From IMG/VR virus record IMGVR_UViG_3300028797_000124, positions 32,001-96,000 of that record: a stretch of 64,000 bases of DNA; one strand, 5' to 3'. This stretch comes from a virus (taxonomy: Duplodnaviria > Caudoviricetes). Positions 58,922-64,000 of the stretch are shown here, piece by piece. The notes under the pieces are model-generated. The model was not told the origin of the DNA, made no database searches, and saw only the letters and a program-made list of their open reading frames with translations. The position numbers and the translations under genes were made by a program. The stretch's first letter is position 1. Every line of letters starts with the position of its first letter.

Positions 58922-59410
58922 TTAGATGTACACTTTACGGGAATAGAGCTGATTAAGTTTGTCGTATGTGATACCGATTATGACACCTTGGGTTTTCTCG
59001 CCATATGTCAGAGTATCACTACCGCTTATTTTTACTATCAATGCATTAGTACCATCCTGAGATCTGTCAATGTAAACATCTATGTCTATATCGACAGTCT
59101 GAAGACGGTTACACTGATCCATGAGTTTGGATTTAATTTCACCTGGGATATTGGGATCATCCGCATATTCATGAAGATACTTCTCAACATCTATTCCGAG
59201 CTCTGGTATTGATGGATACTGACCCGGCTTCATTTTCAGCAGGGTCAGTATAGCATTAACACACATGTCGAAAGTTGATATGACTTTCGGTTTATTATAT
59301 GCATCGACATCCATCAATACATCATATCCCAACTTCTGGAAAGTTCGGGGATATCTGTTTGTGACCTCTGCGAGGGTGATACCCTTTTCATCGAGAGCCA
59401 TATCAACCAT
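58922..59410 (-). CDS. Baseplate wedge initiator, gp25-like
   Basis: I..LL...PG.YP..PELG.D...YL.E motif typical of gp25/GPW proteins. Confidence 0.65.
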   Translation of the reverse strand: MVDMALDEKGITLAEVTNRYPRTFQKLGYDVLMDVDAYNKPKVISTFDMCVNAILTLLKMKPGQYPSIPELGIDVEKYLHEYADDPNIPGEIKSKLMDQCNRLQTVDIDIDVYIDRSQDGTNALIVKISGSDTLTYGEKTQGVIIGITYDKLNQLYSRKVYI

Positions 59411-59438
59411 TCACCTCTGTATTGTAAGATAACATGAT

Positions 59439-60182
59439 TTATTCAGGTTTATTGAAATCCGATTTGACATAGTCTTTGTCGAATTCATCATACTTTTTAT
59501 CCACAATCTTGATATAGTGGATTCCACTTTTACCAGCTTCTGCAATCATTCTCTTATCCTTCAGATGTTCGATCTCTCGAGAATGTTCCATCCTTGGATG
59601 TGTGTTATCACTCTCCTTGATTTCTACCTCTAAGGATAATGAAGGGATGTAGAAGTCCGGAATGTAGATGTGCTCTGTTCCATCTGCCCATTTATACGAA
59701 TACGTATTTGGTGATGGAGCAATGACATCATTGGGACTCCAATCCAGATCCTGGAGATGTTTGAGGAAGTCCTCTTCATATGTACCGATGATACGGAACT
59801 TATGATTTTCATCCCACACATAATCCTTTGCATTCGCATGGTTTGCAAGCATCTTGCGTTGCATATCACCCTCATTCAGAAGATGCTCTTTACCGTAGAC
59901 ATTCTTCATACGACTCTTCATCAACTGAACATAAGCGTCTTTGCACTTTGGATCAGAGCAGATGCGTTCATATTTGAGCGTGTCTTCGTTGAAATGGACG
60001 GGATTTCTATTACACATTACACAGAGGCGGCCTGGTTCCTTGTGAACGAGTAAAGAATATGCCCACTCCAGTGGTTCATAATCTTCAGGTACTTGGTCAT
60101 TATGTTTAATGGCGATATGCTTGCAAAACTTTTGTTTGTCATTGGTGACAAACTGGCAGAATGGACATTTAGTATTTCTCAT
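59439..60182 (-). CDS. Zinc-finger PD-(D/E)xK nuclease, head-completion (T4 gp4/TnsA-like)
   Basis: CPFC..12..H....H and C..C...C....C fingers; G.YE..F, H.YIPDF.......VEIK. Confidence 0.7.
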   Translation of the reverse strand: MRNTKCPFCQFVTNDKQKFCKHIAIKHNDQVPEDYEPLEWAYSLLVHKEPGRLCVMCNRNPVHFNEDTLKYERICSDPKCKDAYVQLMKSRMKNVYGKEHLLNEGDMQRKMLANHANAKDYVWDENHKFRIIGTYEEDFLKHLQDLDWSPNDVIAPSPNTYSYKWADGTEHIYIPDFYIPSLSLEVEIKESDNTHPRMEHSREIEHLKDKRMIAEAGKSGIHYIKIVDKKYDEFDKDYVKSDFNKPE

Positions 60183-60214
60183 AAATAACCATTCCTTTCA
60201 TCATATATAATGAT

Positions 60215-60276
60215 TTAGTTGATTGTTCCAAATGATAAACCTGAAATAATACTGTACCGGGAAAACTCAAGAATAA
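60215..60276. promoter_or_regulatory. Divergent late-type promoter motifs
   Basis: Minus strand AACA-ATCAAC-TAA (60227-60215); plus strand AAC-TCAAGAA-TAA (60264-60276). Confidence 0.45.
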
Positions 60277-60326
60277 CTTCCTTTATAGGAATTTTACAAA
60301 TCAAAAAGAAAGCGAGGAACCAGCTT

Positions 60327-63300
60327 ATGAATCCACGTGTGGAAGGGGATTCAAGGACTGTAAAGCCGTTCAAGTTTAGCGATTCATTCTTGGCCGGATT
60401 CAATTCCTTGATCACCACTTACGACAAGAAAATCGAAGACCTTAACAAAGTAAAGTCTTTAATCGATAAGGATGCCCATCATGGCGTCTGCAACTGCTCC
60501 TACAAAATGAGATATATCACACCATCCGATATTTCTACATTTATATCTAATCTCGAGCGGGCGATGGAGAATCATCTCTTCAAGCCTCATACCTCCGACT
60601 GTGACCTTTTTGCAGTAGAATCTGTAAAGCGTTTCCTGAAGGATAACGGATGCGTTCCATTTGATGCTCCAAGTATCATGGGTAATCCAGGAGCTGATGT
60701 TCCTAAGGGAGCTACACTTACTGATCTTACATTCGCTGCCGAGAGTGAATGTTTCAATCTTCTCGTATATTCAAAGTATGAACTCGACAAGAGAGTTGAC
60801 TGTATGAGAGAAGATGTCGGCAAAATTCAGAATATGCATTTCTCAGCTGCAGTGAAAGCTTTCGTTCAGAAGATCCCAGGCATCATGGATAAGAAGGCAT
60901 CATTCGTTATGTCAGATTCTCTTCTGGCTAAAGCATGTGAAGTATATATCGAAGACTTCATCATGTTCGCTCTTCGTCTGAATCTCTGTACAGTTCTTCA
61001 GATGTTAGCTTATGCCGTCCCCAGGGTAGCATACAAAAATGAACCCGCTTCAGATCAGAGCAATGAGTCTGCAAACAATGCTGACAACTGGGATGAGAAC
61101 AATGATTTCTTCCAACAGGAAGCTGTTGATTCAACTCAGGTATCTCCTGTATTCTTTGTATTCACTCAGGGCAAGTCTCCTGTAATCAGTAAAGCAATTA
61201 AGAAGGCTACTGATTCTGATTACTCACATATCTCAATCTCATTCGATGCTTCATTGGATAACATGTATTCTTTTGGAGGAACATCCTTCAGAAAAGAATC
61301 TATCCATGACAATAAGAGAAAGGATCTCGACATCCAGGTATTCGGCACATTCATTACCAAGGATGCTGTTGAAAAGATGAAGGATCTTTGCGGCGATTTC
61401 ATTACCAATGTGAAGAAAACATCTTTTGATTATCCCGCACTTGTTAAGAAACTCTTTGGTTCTGATAAGAAGGATAATTCAGGTTATAAGCAGATATGTA
61501 CAACATTCGTCAACAGACTTCTGGCTCTTGCTGGTACAAATCTCAGTGAGAAGAATATTCCTTCTCCCGAAGAAATGCGTGAAACGGCTCAGAGTAAACC
61601 TGATCAGATATTCGAACTCTTCTCAGGTAACAGCACAGAATACAAGCGTCAGGATGCTACAAAGAAACTTAAGGCAATGGGTAAAGACCCCAATGCTAAA
61701 CGCTTCGATGAAGTTGTTACAGAATGCTGTACCGGATTCCTGAAGACCAATGACTATGTGATCACAAACAAGATTCCTTTCAACTGCAACATGAGAGACG
61801 TAGTTCTCCAGGATATGCATCCTCAGTTCAAGGATACTGTTTCTGCTCTTAAGTTTATAATGAACGACGAGAGATCTCCTGTACATCAGCTCGTTATTCA
61901 GTATTATACTGAGCCGATTGATGAGTATGATCCTGAGCAGATAATCAAGATGTTCTTTGGTTGTCCTCGTCATAATCATTGGGAGTGTGAACCTAACTCG
62001 CGTGATGCGCTGGCTAATAACGCGGCTAACATGAATACTGATGTAAACTGGCTTGACAAGATCACATATGGCAACATGTTCTATGATGGTAATTATCGTA
62101 GAGATGGTCTCGGTAATCAGCATACACATCCAATCATGAACTCTTTCGATGCAATCTACAAGATGTTCGGTGGTTGTGATAATGTATGCGACAACCAGGG
62201 CTTGGCTAATAGCTTGATCAGAATATCACGCGTTATGAAGGCTATCGTTGAAAGATACTGCGACGGAAGCATTCCTAACTGGGAGATGTGTCGTGATATA
62301 CTTTCCGTATTCGGTGAGATCTTTACACGTCACATGCTTCGTCTCTACTATAACAACAACCGTCATATCATCGCAAAGGATCAGATTAATGATACCATCG
62401 TTCCCGGATATATGTTCGCTGAAGGATATGTTCTTGAGGCTAATGGTTTCACTTCTCAAAATGATCAAAATAAAGTCAAACAGGCTACAAAAACAACGGG
62501 AAACTTTGCTAAGAGAATGATCGAATGGTTCCGTGATAAGCTCGCAACATTCCTCCCAAATTATTTCCAGAACTCTCTCCAGAAGCAGTGTGAATGGTTC
62601 AATAAGAATGGTGAAGCTAAATACAATGAGATCTTGAAAGCGAACACGGATGGTCAATACAAATTCCCAAAGAAAGATAAATATTATCATTACAACATCA
62701 CATTTGATCCAAGTAATATCGATGTTCCAACCATTCTCAAAAAGTATGTTGATGATGAAAACAAAGACTTAGTTGAAATGAAGAAGGAACTCATGAATGC
62801 GTTCCCGAATGCTCAGGACAAGGAGATTGCGAGTAAGCTTGCAAGTGCCGATCCCAAGCAGCTTCCCGACCAAATAAAGAATGCGATTCTTTTCAGCAAT
62901 ACCGAAGGTGGTCAGATTGATACTGATTATGAGATCAAGGCAAAACCTGACTGGGAAGAAATATATGAAACCATGAAATTCATGTGTGAAGCGGGACAGG
63001 ATGGAAAATGTCGCGGTGGCAAATGGTCTGAGGATATGGTGAAACTTTCTAATTCACTTCAGAAAGCTGTTAAGGATCTCCAGAGTGAAGTGGACGCAGA
63101 AAACAAAGCATCTGAGAACAAGACAGAGGTTCAACAAAATAGCTACACAATTAAACTCGATGGTTCAGTATTCCAAGAAGGCGATCCAGTCACACCAGAG
63201 CCTCAGAACAATGCTCAACAGACTAAATCAACTGGAAGAAAAGAAGCAGTCCTCAAAGAACTCCAGAATGTTGCATCTTCATTCTATGTAACATCGTTGA

Positions 63301-63464
63301 ATACTATTGTAAAAGATCTCTTTACAGATGTCTATAATAACTTTAAAGGAGTCATCGATGATTACGAAACAATGAAGAATGGCGGTACTGATGCGAATGC
63401 GCAGCAGGGTGCAAATAACACCAACAATGTCGGAACACCCACTGGTCAGCCCGAATCAAAATAA
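60327..63464 (+). CDS. Large putative inner head polyprotein containing a permuted papain-like (YiiX-type) domain
   Basis: ATG 60327 after GAGGA; ISKAIKKAT.S.YSH.SISFD...FDY...QICTTFV (His before Cys); QQEA, VVTEC, VLEA and FQEG motifs. Confidence 0.65.
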   Translation: MNPRVEGDSRTVKPFKFSDSFLAGFNSLITTYDKKIEDLNKVKSLIDKDAHHGVCNCSYKMRYITPSDISTFISNLERAMENHLFKPHTSDCDLFAVESVKRFLKDNGCVPFDAPSIMGNPGADVPKGATLTDLTFAAESECFNLLVYSKYELDKRVDCMREDVGKIQNMHFSAAVKAFVQKIPGIMDKKASFVMSDSLLAKACEVYIEDFIMFALRLNLCTVLQMLAYAVPRVAYKNEPASDQSNESANNADNWDENNDFFQQEAVDSTQVSPVFFVFTQGKSPVISKAIKKATDSDYSHISISFDASLDNMYSFGGTSFRKESIHDNKRKDLDIQVFGTFITKDAVEKMKDLCGDFITNVKKTSFDYPALVKKLFGSDKKDNSGYKQICTTFVNRLLALAGTNLSEKNIPSPEEMRETAQSKPDQIFELFSGNSTEYKRQDATKKLKAMGKDPNAKRFDEVVTECCTGFLKTNDYVITNKIPFNCNMRDVVLQDMHPQFKDTVSALKFIMNDERSPVHQLVIQYYTEPIDEYDPEQIIKMFFGCPRHNHWECEPNSRDALANNAANMNTDVNWLDKITYGNMFYDGNYRRDGLGNQHTHPIMNSFDAIYKMFGGCDNVCDNQGLANSLIRISRVMKAIVERYCDGSIPNWEMCRDILSVFGEIFTRHMLRLYYNNNRHIIAKDQINDTIVPGYMFAEGYVLEANGFTSQNDQNKVKQATKTTGNFAKRMIEWFRDKLATFLPNYFQNSLQKQCEWFNKNGEAKYNEILKANTDGQYKFPKKDKYYHYNITFDPSNIDVPTILKKYVDDENKDLVEMKKELMNAFPNAQDKEIASKLASADPKQLPDQIKNAILFSNTEGGQIDTDYEIKAKPDWEEIYETMKFMCEAGQDGKCRGGKWSEDMVKLSNSLQKAVKDLQSEVDAENKASENKTEVQQNSYTIKLDGSVFQEGDPVTPEPQNNAQQTKSTGRKEAVLKELQNVASSFYVTSLNTIVKDLFTDVYNNFKGVIDDYETMKNGGTDANAQQGANNTNNVGTPTGQPESK

Positions 63465-63483
63465 TGAAAGGAGATAGTAAGCA

Positions 63484-64000
63484 ATGGCTGAAAATAATAA
63501 CATGATAAATCATTCAGCAACAGCGGCGGTTAGCGATGCGACCGCCGCAGCCAATGCTGCAGCAAATATGAACGATAGTTCTGTTGAATCTGCCGCAAAG
63601 GATGCAACTGCTGGTGTTGAGATGCCTAAAGGTGTAAACGAAGAAGCAGATCTTAAGATTGAAGCACCGAAGAAAAATGAAGTAATCGATACGATCAATA
63701 ATGCTCCAGATCTTGTGACCGCAACCGAGTCTGTTGCAGCAATGTATTGTATACCTTCATCTTGCATAGTTGAAGATCCTTTTACAGACAGAATGGCTGT
63801 AAAGAACGGAACAATCGTTGTTCCTTCAAATTCAACAGCAAAGCCTTCCGAGAACGGAAAGGTTATCATTCAATCCATCGGCGCTCTTCTCGACTACATC
63901 TCCCAGAGAGCTGATGATAAGCTCGACAAGTTCCAGGCTGATAATATCAGAGATGGAATCAACAAAGAAAAGGTTGCTGATATGACCAATCCTTCAAAGG
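63484..64000 (+). CDS. Hypothetical protein, 3' truncated by window edge (MAENNNMINHSATAA...)
   Basis: RBS GAAAGGAG, ATG 63484, frame open to the window end; absent from the ORF track because there is no stop. Confidence 0.75.
   Translation, partial: MAENNNMINHSATAAVSDATAAANAAANMNDSSVESAAKDATAGVEMPKGVNEEADLKIEAPKKNEVIDTINNAPDLVTATESVAAMYCIPSSCIVEDPFTDRMAVKNGTIVVPSNSTAKPSENGKVIIQSIGALLDYISQRADDKLDKFQADNIRDGINKEKVADMTNPSK

Noticed and set aside
59439-60182. TnsA-like nuclease as evidence of a Tn7 element or homing endonuclease
   Set aside because: No tnsB/tnsC or transposon ends; its position at the head of a structural operon fits a head-completion nuclease.
1-64000. Stop-codon reassignment, as in some gut jumbo phages
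   Set aside because: Standard-code ORFs already tile the window densely, with genes up to 2.7 kaa; no fragmentation pattern.
1-64000. tRNA, rRNA, group I/II introns, inteins, transposases, integrase
   Set aside because: No cloverleaf or rRNA-like sequence was seen, intergenic gaps are short, and no interrupted genes or intein terminal motifs were recognised by eye. A covariance-model scan could still find something.
1-64000. Nucleus-forming (chimallin) lifestyle or uracil-DNA genome
   Set aside because: No chimallin, tubulin or nucleotide-modification genes are in this window, so neither can be claimed.

Overview
The window is a gene-dense, AT-leaning segment of a jumbo bacteriophage, most similar in organisation to the AR9/PBS1/phiKZ-related myoviruses. 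The host is probably a Firmicute (strong GAAAGGAG ribosome-binding sites) and plausibly a cellulosome-bearing Ruminococcus. It covers most of a virion morphogenesis region: a small early-type cluster with a BCS1-like AAA ATPase (1-4.1 kb); a receptor-binding/tail-appendage cluster (4.2-19.6 kb) with a nested glycine-rich protein and three paralogous ~1000-aa proteins alternating with two 180-aa triple-repeat proteins; a large baseplate protein; a long fibre; RusA; several inner-head proteins; a 2.7-kaa tape-measure/tail lysin with four muralytic or wall-binding modules; the major capsid protein; the prohead protease; a split RNA polymerase beta C-terminal subunit; a gp25-like protein and a head-completion-like nuclease. 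The most striking observation is a Ruminococcus-type dockerin (two Ca-binding loop-helix repeats) inside the long fibre at ~26.8-27.2 kb, suggesting a phage that docks on host cellulosome cohesins. Also visible are a head-protein cleavage motif ([VIF]QE/[ASGT]), TATATTAT promoters followed at fixed distance by 5' hairpins, AAC-N7-TR late-type promoters and a family of G5/C5 terminators. All functional calls come from motif recognition by eye; no database searches were run. No tRNA, rRNA, CRISPR array, integrase or reverse transcriptase was seen.
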